Source: Elainellaceae cyanobacterium (lineage in GTDB: Bacteria; Cyanobacteriota; Cyanobacteriia; CAZCXK01). From it: a stretch of 64,000 nt of DNA. The notes beneath the pieces are model-generated. The model saw nothing but the letters and a program-made list of their open reading frames with translations. It did no database searches and was not told the origin of the DNA. The translations under genes and the position numbers were made by a program. Positions 1 to 9,946 of the stretch are shown here, one piece after another; position 1 is the first letter of the stretch; the number at the start of each line of letters is the position of its first letter. The DNA lies in the NCBI GenBank assembly GCA_051117555.1, contig JBNPEG010000006.1, positions 10,996 through 74,995 on the forward strand, written 5' to 3'.

Positions 1-162
1 AGTTTTTGCTGACCCCTGATCCCCAAATCAAAAAAGTCATGTTAGTTTGTTACAGTTCTGAAACAAAATGCAAACTCGTAATGACTACACATTGATAGTC
101 AAGCGAAGCATTTTGAGTATCACGTCGAAATGTTTAGTTCTCGCTTAGTTTTTGAGTTTTAA

Positions 163-1374
163 TTGCTTTTCAGAAGGAACTTTATGAATCAAAAACTTTG
201 GAGTGGTCTCACAGCTGCCCTCATTGTTACGGCTCTAGGTGTATCTCCGTCGAGTCAAGCTGGTCAGTCCAGGATCACGGACGAAGAATCAGGAAACAAT
301 GTTCCTCCAGGAGAAGCCCTTCCTGAAGCGTCTACCTCGGATTCACAGTCTTTTGATGAACTGTCTAGCATTGATTCGCTGTTGAACGCGGCTCAGTCTC
401 CGATTGAGGTTGTTAAAGTCGGGGAATATCAGTCCCACGAGGACGTTGAAGTGGTGGATGAGGCGATCGCCACGATTTATTCCCACGAAATAGACGGTCA
501 ACAAGCGGCGACTCTCTATGTTCGGGATATTCCGGTTTTGACATTTTTGGGGTCGGACAACACAAACGCGTCTCGTCGTTCTGCTGACACTCGTGTTGCA
601 GCATCGGCCGGTAGTTCTCAGCCTCGATTTATAGAGGGCGAAGAGCCCAAGGTTGCCTCCACTCAGGGCGATTCGCACGGCAGGTCTGCGAGTCAACCAT
701 CGCATCCTGAGCAAGGGGATGCCGATGCCAGCCTCACGGACGCAGACTACAGCGCTGATCCGGTTTGGCGGGCAACCTCTATCGCTGCTCGACTTAATCA
801 GCTACACCGGGACAATGTGGATGCCGAATCTGTTGCGGTTCGTTGGGATGCTGACCGCGAGCGCTTTGTGATCAGCATTGATGACAATGAGCTGGTCGAG
901 ATTAATGCTCAGACAATCCTGCCAGATTCAACTAACGATTCCGCAGAAGACGCTCTGCAAGCTACGAACCGGCTTCGTCGACAGCTTGGCGATGCTGAGC
1001 CGTTGAGCCATATCGAGGGGGCTCCTACCCGACCTCAGCAGATTTCGTTGGGACCAATTCAGTTTAGTATTTCTGGAATGGCATCCTGGTATGGGCCGGG
1101 TTTCAATGGTCGCCGGAGTGCCAGTGGCGAGATTTTTAATCAAAATGCCCTGACCGCAGCCCATCGAAGCCTGCCATTTGGCACGATGGTCGAAGTCACG
1201 AACCGAAACAATGGCTTATCTGTGGTTGTCCGGATCAATGACCGAGGTCCCTTTGGCGGAGGCCGAGTGATCGACCTTTCGGCAGGAGCGGCTCGTGCGA
1301 TTGGCATGATTCAAACTGGAGTTGCCCCAGTCACGATTGATGTTCTCTCGGATACTGCATCCAACCGTAACTAA
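163..1374 (+). CDS. rlpA: RlpA-like protein (septal ring lytic transglycosylase family), secreted; C-terminal double-psi beta-barrel domain
   Basis: N-terminal signal peptide (LTAALIVTALGVSPSSQA) and a long low-complexity Ser/Asp-rich linker. C-terminal block SWYGPGFNGRRSASGEIFNQNALTAAHRSLPFGTMVEVTNRNNGLSVVVRINDRGPFGGGRVIDLSAGAARAIGM is a typical RlpA DPBB signature. Confidence 0.7.
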   Translation: MLFRRNFMNQKLWSGLTAALIVTALGVSPSSQAGQSRITDEESGNNVPPGEALPEASTSDSQSFDELSSIDSLLNAAQSPIEVVKVGEYQSHEDVEVVDEAIATIYSHEIDGQQAATLYVRDIPVLTFLGSDNTNASRRSADTRVAASAGSSQPRFIEGEEPKVASTQGDSHGRSASQPSHPEQGDADASLTDADYSADPVWRATSIAARLNQLHRDNVDAESVAVRWDADRERFVISIDDNELVEINAQTILPDSTNDSAEDALQATNRLRRQLGDAEPLSHIEGAPTRPQQISLGPIQFSISGMASWYGPGFNGRRSASGEIFNQNALTAAHRSLPFGTMVEVTNRNNGLSVVVRINDRGPFGGGRVIDLSAGAARAIGMIQTGVAPVTIDVLSDTASNRN

Positions 1375-1469
1375 ATTATGCTCGTGTTCTCATGGAAAAC
1401 CATATCGTTCACCTGAGAACGTTCGAGAATTCAGCATCATGACTCATTAAAAACTGTAAAAACTGTTGG

Positions 1470-1498
1470 GGGACTCGGCAACGTCGAGTCCTTTTTTT
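1470..1498 (+). terminator. rho-independent terminator downstream of the rlpA-like gene
   Basis: Hairpin gggactcg-gcaacgt-cgagtcc followed by TTTTTTT. Confidence 0.5.
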
Positions 1499-1669
1499 CG
1501 CTAAGACTTACCCCTCTGCCTTTCGCCTTCCACCGCTATATCTTTCTGCTGTGCTGCTCGTTTTATAAAGCATTTTCTAAGACATCGTCTACTTTGGTGA
1601 ATTAATGACCTAGTGAGTTGGAATGAGGGGTAGGGGGAGGCATCTCCCTCAGGAATTTTGTAGACTACT

Positions 1670-3316
1670 ATGCGGAGAGTTGAGTTAAATAGGTCACTGC
1701 TGGTGCGCCAATTTACCACAATTGCGGGATTATGTCGCTATCTGGAACTGCATCGGTTCCAGTCAGATGCGAATTTTGAACAGGGAGGTGATCGCCAGGA
1801 TGCCTCTCACCGTCAGCAAACAGTCGGCCTAGTGCCGACAATGGGCGCGCTGCACGCAGGGCATGTCAGCCTAATTCGACGGGCACGGTTAGAAAATCAT
1901 CTCGTGGTTGTGAGTATTTTTGTTAATCCTTTGCAGTTTGCCCCCAACGAAGATCTGCAGCGATATCCTCGAACTCCGGAGCACGATCATCAGCTATGTG
2001 CTAACGAGAAAGTCGATGTTATTTTTACGCCGACCCCGGCAGAGCTGTATGGCACCTCTGATATATCAAATCGCGATCGCCTCACCCAGGTTATCCCGCC
2101 TGCTGAGATGATGGCGGTTTTATGCGGCCGGAGTCGTCCCGGTCATTTTCAGGGCGTTGCAACGGTCGTCACTAAGTTGCTGTCAATCGTGCAGCCTGAT
2201 CGGGCTTATTTTGGTCAAAAGGATGCTCAACAGCTCGCGATTTTGCAACGACTTGTTCATGATTTGAATATTCCAGTCGAAATCGTGCCGTGCTCGATTA
2301 TTCGAAACGAGTCAGGACTGGCGTTGAGTTCTCGCAACGACTATCTTACTGCTGAAGAAAAAGAGCGCGCTGCGGTTATTCCCCGCAGCCTAAATCAGGC
2401 TAAACGCATATTTTCTCAGGGGGTTCGCGATCGCTCAGGTTTGCTCAATGGGGTGAAAATGGAACTTTCCTCAGAGCCTACCGTCCGGGTAGATTATGTG
2501 AATTTAGTTCACCCTCAAACACTGGCTCCATTGGAGCAAATTGATGAATCAGGGTTGCTGGCGATCGCTGTGTATCTAGGCTCTACTCGCTTAATTGATA
2601 ACATTGTGTTACGCAACCGCAGACCCGTCATCGCAATTGACGGCCCCGCAGGAGCAGGCAAATCGACCGTGGCTCGACTTGTCGCCCGCAAGCTCGATCT
2701 CCTCTATCTAGATTCTGGCGCGATGTATCGAGCCGTTACCTGGCTGGCGTTAAAGTCTGGGCTTGATTGCCATGACGAACCCGGCATCGCAGAATTAACG
2801 AGCCAATGCCACATCCAGATTGCTCAAGGAGAACCTGAGCCCGATAGTCCATTGCCGGGTCTGTGCCGGGTTTGGGTCAATGGGCACGATGTAACTCACG
2901 ATATTCGTAGTGCTGATGTCACAGCTTATGTGTCGGCGATCGCCGCTCAACCCGCTGTTCGGGAAGAACTCGTAAAACAGCAGCAATATTATGGCCGTGA
3001 GGGAGGAGTCGTTATGGACGGTCGTGATATTGGTACTCACGTCTTTCCTCATGCAGAATTAAAAATTTATCTCACTGCCTCGGTCCAGGAGAGAGCTCGC
3101 CGTCGTCAGCAAGACTTGAAAGATTTGGGCCAGCCAGATGAAAGTTTAGAAGACCTCGAACGCACAATCTACCAACGAGACTATCGAGACAGTACTCGGG
3201 CGATCGCCCCGCTTCGTAAAGCGCCTGATGCGGTCGAAATTGAAACCGATACGCTTTCAATTGATGAGGTGGTAGATACAATTATCGAGCTGTATGCGTC
3301 GCGCTGTCATCATTGA
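1670..3316 (+). CDS. panC: bifunctional pantoate--beta-alanine ligase (PanC) / cytidylate kinase (Cmk) fusion protein
   Basis: N-terminal half has the PanC motif VPTMGALHAGHVSLIRRAR and QKDAQQLAILQ. C-terminal half has the Cmk P-loop IAIDGPAGAGKSTVARLVARKLDLLYLDSGAMYRAVT. PanC-Cmk fusion is characteristic of cyanobacteria. True start may be downstream of 1670, because a ~55-aa leader before VPTMG is unusually long. Confidence 0.9.
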   Translation: MRRVELNRSLLVRQFTTIAGLCRYLELHRFQSDANFEQGGDRQDASHRQQTVGLVPTMGALHAGHVSLIRRARLENHLVVVSIFVNPLQFAPNEDLQRYPRTPEHDHQLCANEKVDVIFTPTPAELYGTSDISNRDRLTQVIPPAEMMAVLCGRSRPGHFQGVATVVTKLLSIVQPDRAYFGQKDAQQLAILQRLVHDLNIPVEIVPCSIIRNESGLALSSRNDYLTAEEKERAAVIPRSLNQAKRIFSQGVRDRSGLLNGVKMELSSEPTVRVDYVNLVHPQTLAPLEQIDESGLLAIAVYLGSTRLIDNIVLRNRRPVIAIDGPAGAGKSTVARLVARKLDLLYLDSGAMYRAVTWLALKSGLDCHDEPGIAELTSQCHIQIAQGEPEPDSPLPGLCRVWVNGHDVTHDIRSADVTAYVSAIAAQPAVREELVKQQQYYGREGGVVMDGRDIGTHVFPHAELKIYLTASVQERARRRQQDLKDLGQPDESLEDLERTIYQRDYRDSTRAIAPLRKAPDAVEIETDTLSIDEVVDTIIELYASRCHH

Positions 3317-4963
3317 TTACAAGTCATACAAACTCACAAATGAGGTGGGAACGTTACTCTTGAAGGAGTCAACTTTCTGGCCGATTTTATCTAGATGAGA
3401 TATGACAAATTCGGTCTCGTCTCGCAGCCGAGAATCGGAGACTAAAAACCAAACTCTAGGTTCGCCCTTGAATTGATTAATATCATTTCGATACCCAACT
3501 TTCTCATCTTGGGTTGATATTGTCTGGGTGAGATCATCGTCTAAATCGATGCCGATTTTATATTCATCCGGTGTGAAACCATACCGAGCGGCATAGTATC
3601 TAAACTGAAACTTTCCTTTTTGAAACACATAGATCTCATCACCAGGTTGATGATGATCTCGGACATAATCCATGACAGGTTTAATGTTTTCAAGCATGTA
3701 AGGCTTTACTAAAAATAAGCACCCTTCTACCACGGGAAAGCCTAGGATAAAGATTGCAATTAAACCACTTGCTAGCGCGCTTTTGACGCGGACGCTTTCT
3801 AGAATATTTGTCAATCCTTTGACGAGGAGAATGATAAAGAAAGGAGCCAAGAATAGTACTAATCGATTATCAAACGGGTATTGGTGAAGATATCCGGCTA
3901 GGAGCGTTAATAGGGCAGGAGTTATTAACGAAAAGAGATGAACTCGCTGATGTTTAAATAGCGAGATGCAGCCAATTAAGAACATCAAACCTGCGAGTTC
4001 ACTAATGACAGGCGGGAAGCCTAACGGTTTATAGAAGAAAAGGCGCGTTGCGTCAAAAAACCAGCCCCCATCCCACGGCGATTCAGGAAACTCATTTGAC
4101 CACGTAAAGGGTAGGAACTTGTTGCTGCGAATATCAGCCAACGAAATTAGGTAAAAAGCGATAAAGCTACTCAGCCAGATACCATAAATGCCTAGCCTCT
4201 GACCGATTTGATCTGGCGCAATTTGATCTGGTGAAATTTGATCTGGCGCAATTTGGCTCTCTTGACGGGTCGTTAGAGACCTTTTTAGATACCTTTGTAG
4301 ATCTGAGATTAGATAAACAAGCTCAACCCCGGCAAGAATAAACACCACAGGATGTGAAAACCAAATGGCGATCGCTCCCACTAGACCTGTCCATATAGTT
4401 CGAGCTGGGGTCAATGCCTGAGTGTGGCTATGGAGTAACACCCAAAACATGACTAACCCAATTGCTACATCACTCGCGTATTGTTTGGTTTCTGATGCGT
4501 AATAGACCAAATATTGGTTGCTTGAAAATAAAGCTAGAGCGAATAATGTTCCTCTTTTATTAAGATAAAATCTCGCTAGCCGATAAAAAATAAAAAGCGA
4601 AAAAATTGACACCAGCAGCGGAAATAATCTCAGTGCATACTCATTATTTCCAAACAGTTGAACAGCTAGTTTCTCAACCATCAGAAAACCAACAGGTGCT
4701 GCTTGGTCATAGTCAAGCGGCTGTAAGAAATCGAGATAGGAACTGTTCACAATATTGAGAGCAATTTTAGCCTCATCTGCCCAGAGTGAACGGTTATAGA
4801 GATACTGAACCAGCCGAATTAAAATCCCGAAGCCAATGATTATAATTACCCATTTTCTAAACGGGATTCTCAAACCTTTTTTAAGCATAAAACCTGCAAT
4901 TATATCGTTCCTAAATCGCTTGTGAATTGTGTGTGAGGGTGGGACGGTTGGCGATCGCCCCAC
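3317..4963 (-). CDS. polytopic membrane glycosyltransferase, family 39 / ArnT-PMT-like (undecaprenyl/dolichyl-phosphate sugar transferase family)
   Basis: Many predicted TM helices. First periplasmic loop has the SLWADEAKIALN (DE-x-x-A) motif typical of GT39/GT83 (ArnT/PMT). Overall topology resembles ArnT-like proteins. Real start may be the internal MLKKGL. Confidence 0.55.
   Translation of the reverse strand: MGRSPTVPPSHTIHKRFRNDIIAGFMLKKGLRIPFRKWVIIIIGFGILIRLVQYLYNRSLWADEAKIALNIVNSSYLDFLQPLDYDQAAPVGFLMVEKLAVQLFGNNEYALRLFPLLVSIFSLFIFYRLARFYLNKRGTLFALALFSSNQYLVYYASETKQYASDVAIGLVMFWVLLHSHTQALTPARTIWTGLVGAIAIWFSHPVVFILAGVELVYLISDLQRYLKRSLTTRQESQIAPDQISPDQIAPDQIGQRLGIYGIWLSSFIAFYLISLADIRSNKFLPFTWSNEFPESPWDGGWFFDATRLFFYKPLGFPPVISELAGLMFLIGCISLFKHQRVHLFSLITPALLTLLAGYLHQYPFDNRLVLFLAPFFIILLVKGLTNILESVRVKSALASGLIAIFILGFPVVEGCLFLVKPYMLENIKPVMDYVRDHHQPGDEIYVFQKGKFQFRYYAARYGFTPDEYKIGIDLDDDLTQTISTQDEKVGYRNDINQFKGEPRVWFLVSDSRLRDETEFVISHLDKIGQKVDSFKSNVPTSFVSLYDL
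4206..4256. repeat. in-frame 15-bp tandem repeat (x3.4) inside the GT39-like gene, encoding (PDQIA/S) repeats
   Basis: Read directly: atttgatctggcgca / atttgatctggtgaa / atttgatctggcgca / atttgg. Translated on the minus strand as QISPDQIAPDQIAPDQIG. Confidence 0.8.
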
Positions 4964-5001
4964 CCCTCACACCCCATCTGGGATTGCTATAGAACGTTAG
5001 T

Positions 5002-5922
5002 TTAAGGCGACGAGAAATAAATTATAGCGTCATAGGGATCAAGAAAAGATTTGAAATCCCAATGGAAATTATATGCAGTTGGCTTAATATCTTGGGTGTT
5101 AGGGATCACAGTCGTATCTTGACTGAATCCAGCTCGGTCCATCCCATACCTAAAGGAATTCGTTTGGGATGACGATAAAACCCGAACGTTTTTGGCTTTT
5201 TCTGAGGGAACAACCGACCGGATCAAATGTCGAAAAAAGGGACGCGAATACCCCAGATTGATATCATATGCAGCACAGTGTCCTGCTCCAAACAGGGCAA
5301 CGTAGCGAGTCCCAGCTTGAAAATAGGTTCGAATATTTTGGCTGATAAACCCGTCCCGGCTCAATCGTCGTCGCTCTGATCGAATTTGCTCTAGATTTCT
5401 CCAGGCCGACTGCTGGCGAGTCTCATCGACTCCGATGACTTGAAGCTGCGGATTTTTGGCCTGCGCTGCGCGAATGATGGCTGCGATATCGACCCCAAGC
5501 AATCCGACAGCTTCAACGCCCGCCTCGACCGCATTCATAATTTGCTCGACCTGAGTTGGATCTGCCTCCAGCATCAACACATCCATCTTCAAATCCGGAA
5601 TGATGCGACCTGCCAAAAACTGACGGTGTATCTCAGTATGAGCCTCTCCGATACAGAGAAAGTCGAGGTCAGACTGGTTGATCTGCTCAAGCCATTCTGA
5701 GAGAGAGATTTGATTGGCAAGCAGTTCGGCGCGGAAATCTTGCGAATCTGCAATCCAGAAGTCTGAATCAAGCGTCTCGGCAGGAGAATCACTAAATGAG
5801 TGTGGGTCAGGCTGCGGCGCAGGGGGTTGAGTGAGGGCAGGTTGTGCCGCGATCGCCATCCCCACTACAAGAGCCAAAACAATGGCTTTAATTCCAATCG
5901 ACATAGGTGTTGGCTCGCGCAA
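5002..5922 (-). CDS. secreted ChaN/TIKI-superfamily protein (haem-binding ChaN-like, DUF399-type)
   Basis: Signal peptide. GEAHTE and GAGHCA motifs spaced as in the ChaN / TraB-PrgY-Tiki fold. Family assignment by eye only. Confidence 0.4.
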   Translation of the reverse strand: MREPTPMSIGIKAIVLALVVGMAIAAQPALTQPPAPQPDPHSFSDSPAETLDSDFWIADSQDFRAELLANQISLSEWLEQINQSDLDFLCIGEAHTEIHRQFLAGRIIPDLKMDVLMLEADPTQVEQIMNAVEAGVEAVGLLGVDIAAIIRAAQAKNPQLQVIGVDETRQQSAWRNLEQIRSERRRLSRDGFISQNIRTYFQAGTRYVALFGAGHCAAYDINLGYSRPFFRHLIRSVVPSEKAKNVRVLSSSQTNSFRYGMDRAGFSQDTTVIPNTQDIKPTAYNFHWDFKSFLDPYDAIIYFSSP

Positions 5923-6108
5923 ATGCTAACAAAATTGTAGCGAGCCACCTGATTGAACGCCTAATGACAGGATGACGGGTCAGACGTTTGGCTGGGCAGG
6001 GTCTGATTGCTCGACGTTCGCTTGGTCAAGATGCGAGCAACATCGCCTGACTTGGAGACAGATTTGAAGTAAAGAAGCGATAAAGTGATAGCAAAAACAC
6101 TATAAAGA

Positions 6109-7686
6109 TTACAAAACCAAAGGTTCGAGGGCGCGATCGCTCCAGGTTTGGTGATATCGCTCTGAGATAAACGGACGCACAATCAACGTCGGCGGACATC
6201 CGGGTTTAACATCAATTCGCAAGAAGGAGTAGGGGCGCCGCCGTTCTAGTTTGTGACCGCTCAGCCCAATAAAGACCTGAGATTTGGCGACTAACCGGGC
6301 TTCGAGATCGGTCGAATGGTCGGAGGGAGGCATATCTTCATATAATTCAGGTCCTTCTGGGCGTTGACGGCGCAAACTCAACCCACTTCCCCCGCAAACA
6401 ATCCAATTGAGATGAGAGTCTGCATGCCCAGTGTCCATCGTGCGGAGATATTCAAAGCAGTGCGCATGACCGTTCAAAATCAAATCGACGAGCGATCGCC
6501 CTGACGCCTGTTCTCCTACTGCGTCTGCCACTCTGTCTAACACCCAACGGAGGTGATGACGCACCGCCAGCGTTTGCCCCTGATGCCATTTTGTGATTTC
6601 AGTGACGTAGGGAGGATGGTGAAAATAAATGATCCGCCCTCGAACCTCAGGATTGCGCCACGATTCAATCAGCCGTCGTTGGAGCCACACAAGCTGCTCG
6701 ATGTCGATATCCGTCGTTTCGGGAACTGCTAATTGCTTTTCGATATCGAGCTTCATTTCTTCGAGCTGCTCTAGCTTGGCGTGCAAGTCATCGATTCGCT
6801 CTGCCCCCTCCGGCAGGTTGAGATTGAGATGAGACGCTTCCTCTCGAATTTGCTGTTCTTGCTGCTGAAGCTCTTGATACTGAGCCGTCAGCAGTTGGCG
6901 ATCGCCCAGTTGCTCGTGGGGCAGCGATGATGGTGCATTCAACGTGCTAGAGTCGAGTGCAAAAAAATCGATGCCGCCATAGCGGAATGTGTAGTAGCGA
7001 TTGGGTAAGCGCGTAAATAGACCGGGTTGGTAGCGCAAACACCGCCCCGTATCACTGTGAGCGGTGTAGTGGCGATCGAGATGCTGGCTGAGCTGATTTG
7101 AACGCTGAAGCGGCCTGAGCGGGTCTAAAAACGCTCGAGTAAAGGCGTTTCCAGTTTGTGATCCTTGCCAGCCAATATCCATCCTCAGTTTTCGCCCCGT
7201 CAACCAATAGAATGACCGCATCCCTTGGAACGCTAGCCAGTAGAGAAATGGCACGTTGTAATAGTCATGGTTACCCAGCACAGGCAAAAACGGCCGCTGA
7301 AACACCATACGGTCGAATGGAATGCGATCAGGATGGCTGCCACCCACCAAAAATTCTCGATAGGGCTTGATGAAATTTTCGAGATACTGCTCCTGGGCGC
7401 CGACCTGGTAAATCACATCCCCCGTATGCAGCAAAAACCGACATGCGGAGTGATGAGGCAGCATTTGCTCAGCGATGCGTCGCTGAGGATGGTGATCAGA
7501 GTGAGGACCTGAACCGCTGTCTCCGATCACGAGAAATGAAAACTCTGAGTCGTCAGCTTGACCATCATCAATGGTAAGACGGGTTTGATCGATGCCTTGC
7601 TCGCGCAGAAGCGAATGCTGCCAAAGCAACCGCTCGTTCATTTTGCGAATTTTGCGGGCAATCGATGGATCTAGAACACTAGACAT
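6109..7686 (-). CDS. calcineurin-like metallophosphoesterase with a ~90-aa coiled-coil insertion
   Basis: Motifs VIGDSGSG (GDxG), HTGDVIYQVG (GDxxY), GNHDYY (GNHD/E) and GHAHCFEY (GHxH) appear in canonical order. A Q/E/L-rich heptad-like segment lies between the motif blocks. Confidence 0.75.
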   Translation of the reverse strand: MSSVLDPSIARKIRKMNERLLWQHSLLREQGIDQTRLTIDDGQADDSEFSFLVIGDSGSGPHSDHHPQRRIAEQMLPHHSACRFLLHTGDVIYQVGAQEQYLENFIKPYREFLVGGSHPDRIPFDRMVFQRPFLPVLGNHDYYNVPFLYWLAFQGMRSFYWLTGRKLRMDIGWQGSQTGNAFTRAFLDPLRPLQRSNQLSQHLDRHYTAHSDTGRCLRYQPGLFTRLPNRYYTFRYGGIDFFALDSSTLNAPSSLPHEQLGDRQLLTAQYQELQQQEQQIREEASHLNLNLPEGAERIDDLHAKLEQLEEMKLDIEKQLAVPETTDIDIEQLVWLQRRLIESWRNPEVRGRIIYFHHPPYVTEITKWHQGQTLAVRHHLRWVLDRVADAVGEQASGRSLVDLILNGHAHCFEYLRTMDTGHADSHLNWIVCGGSGLSLRRQRPEGPELYEDMPPSDHSTDLEARLVAKSQVFIGLSGHKLERRRPYSFLRIDVKPGCPPTLIVRPFISERYHQTWSDRALEPLVL

Positions 7687-8064
7687 GATTGGACGTGATG
7701 GTCATTGCCTATAGGGTACTCGGTCTGAGCTAAATGCTTGGGGAAAAAGCACTTAAAGCGGGAAAGTTCGGCGCAATCTCAGAATTAAACAGGGGGTGCG
7801 CTACCAAATTGCATCAGGATGAGAACAACTCCCCAGAAGAAGATTAATAGTGTGATCCAAGACATCATAATTCGTTCGAGTGATAAATAGCGTCAGTTGT
7901 GTAGTCTTTACATTTCTAAACTAAAAGAGTTTAATACCGTTGACCTAGTGAGGATAGCCGTAACACATCTGAAAGTTTGAGGCGATCGCCATTCTGAGTA
8001 AGCATCTACCCAAATCCTGTGATCTACGTAAGATCAAGAATTAGTGACTGCTTGAGGAAACTGA

Positions 8065-8997
8065 ATGGACATTAGCGCAGCCTTGCCGACATTTGTAATC
8101 ACCCTGAGAGAAGGGGTCGAAGCCGCTCTCGTCGTCGGTATTGTGATGGCATATCTGAAGAAAGTTAACCAGACTCGGCTCTATGCGTGGGTTTATTCGG
8201 GAATTGGAGCCGGAATTGGAGCCAGCGTTGTGGTCGGTGTGCTGCTCAGTGGCGTGCTGGTTGCATTGCAGACCAGTGAAAATGGCTATGCCCAAGTTTT
8301 GAAACCTGCCTTAGAAGGCGTGTTTGGCGTTGTGGCGATCGCCCTTCTAAGCTGGATGCTGATCTGGATGACTCAGCAGGCTAAGTCAATGAAAGGCGAA
8401 ATTGAAGACTCAATTACATCAGCCCTGCGCGACACAGGAGCAGGGTGGGGAGTCTTTGGGTTGATTGCGGTCGCAGTTTTACGCGAAGGGTTCGAAACGG
8501 TCGTATTTATCATTGCCAAATTTGAACAAGGAGGAATGGCAACTGCTGGGGCGATCGCGGGCTTGATGGGTGCCGTGGGCATTGGCATTTTGCTATTTAG
8601 ACTCGGCATTCGCATCAATCTTCGCCGATTCTTCCAAGTGATGGGGGTTCTGCTACTGCTGATTGTCTGTGGTTTGGTGGTCGGTGCCCTACGCCATTTT
8701 GATGGCGCAGTTAGCATGCTCGCTCAGCTTGATCCTCAATATTCATCGCTCTGCATATCGTCTGCCTCTTGCATCTTAGGCCCTCAGGTCTGGGATACCA
8801 GCGCCATTCTGCCCGACAAAAAATTCCCAGGCATCCTCCTCAAAGCTTTCTTCGGCTACACTGAACGGCTCTATCTGCTGCAAGCGGTGGGGTATGTCGC
8901 CTTTTTGCTGACCATTGGCAGCATCTATGTGCAAAGCGTCACCGGGCGCAACCTGTTCCAACTGGGTCAACGTCAGCCGTCTCAAGAGTCTCAGTGA
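8065..8997 (+). CDS. FTR1-family high-affinity iron permease
   Basis: Two RExxE motifs in TM helices (TLREGVEAALVVGI and VLREGFETVVFIIA). Seven predicted TM segments. Confidence 0.8.
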   Translation: MDISAALPTFVITLREGVEAALVVGIVMAYLKKVNQTRLYAWVYSGIGAGIGASVVVGVLLSGVLVALQTSENGYAQVLKPALEGVFGVVAIALLSWMLIWMTQQAKSMKGEIEDSITSALRDTGAGWGVFGLIAVAVLREGFETVVFIIAKFEQGGMATAGAIAGLMGAVGIGILLFRLGIRINLRRFFQVMGVLLLLIVCGLVVGALRHFDGAVSMLAQLDPQYSSLCISSASCILGPQVWDTSAILPDKKFPGILLKAFFGYTERLYLLQAVGYVAFLLTIGSIYVQSVTGRNLFQLGQRQPSQESQ

Positions 8998-9007
8998 ACA
9001 ACGACAT

Positions 9008-9892
9008 CTAACGCGGATATCGCTGCATCAGCTCTTGAACTTGTTCGGCATGGTAAGAACTTCGGGTCAGCGGCGATGCGACGACTTGCAAAAAGCCGAT
9101 CGATTCACCAAAGTCTTGCCATACAGCAAACTGCTCGGGAGTAATAAATCCCTGAACCGCGAGATGCTTTTGACTGGGTTGAAGATATTGCCCGATAGTT
9201 AAGATATCGCAGTCCACCGATCGCAAGTCTTGCATCACCTGGCGAATTTCTTCGTCTGTTTCACCCAAACCCACCATGATGCCTGATTTTGTGTAAACGC
9301 TGGGGGAGATTTGGCGACACACGCTTAAAAGTTCTAAGGTGCGGGCATAGTCGCCTTGAGGACGCACCCGTCGATAGAGTCGAGGCACGGTTTCGGTGTT
9401 GTGATTTAAGACCTCGGGCTGGGCGTTTAGGATGGTTTCTAAGGCAGTCCAGTTGCTGCACAAATCGGGGATCAAGACTTCGATGGTCGTCTCAGGAGAG
9501 CGATCGCGGATGGCTCGAATACAATCGACAAACTGTGAGGCACCGCCATCCGGCAGGTCATCTCGATTCACCGAGGTCACCACGACATGCTTAAGACGCA
9601 TCCGGCGAACTGCCTCTGCTAAGCGGTCAGGCTCAGTTGGATCGAGGGCTTTCGGCTTTTTCTCAAAATCAATATCACAGTAGGGACAGGCACGCGTACA
9701 TGCTGGCCCCATGATTAAAAAGGTCGCAGTGCCGTTTTTAAAGCATTCTCCAATGTTGGGACAGGAGGCTTCTTCACAGACGGTATTTAGACTCAAATCG
9801 CGTAGGACTTCCTTGACAGTCCCAACTCGCTCCCATTGGGGAGCCTTAACTCGCAACCAGTCTGGCTTTGTGATTTTGGCTGTCACACGCAC
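9008..9892 (-). CDS. lipA: lipoyl synthase
   Basis: [12 protein letters not shown] and [10 protein letters not shown] cysteine motifs (auxiliary and radical-SAM clusters). Length 294 aa. Confidence 0.92.
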   Translation of the reverse strand: MRVTAKITKPDWLRVKAPQWERVGTVKEVLRDLSLNTVCEEASCPNIGECFKNGTATFLIMGPACTRACPYCDIDFEKKPKALDPTEPDRLAEAVRRMRLKHVVVTSVNRDDLPDGGASQFVDCIRAIRDRSPETTIEVLIPDLCSNWTALETILNAQPEVLNHNTETVPRLYRRVRPQGDYARTLELLSVCRQISPSVYTKSGIMVGLGETDEEIRQVMQDLRSVDCDILTIGQYLQPSQKHLAVQGFITPEQFAVWQDFGESIGFLQVVASPLTRSSYHAEQVQELMQRYPR

Positions 9893-9946
9893 GCCTCAAA
9901 TGAAACAAAGGTGAACTCAACAATTCTAGCAATCTGCAATCAATAT

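Noticed and set aside
7790-7880. 23-aa ORF MRTTPQKKINSVIQDIIIRSSDK in the ftr1 upstream region
   Set aside because: It is too short, has no RBS and no conservation cue. The region is better explained as promoter or operator DNA.
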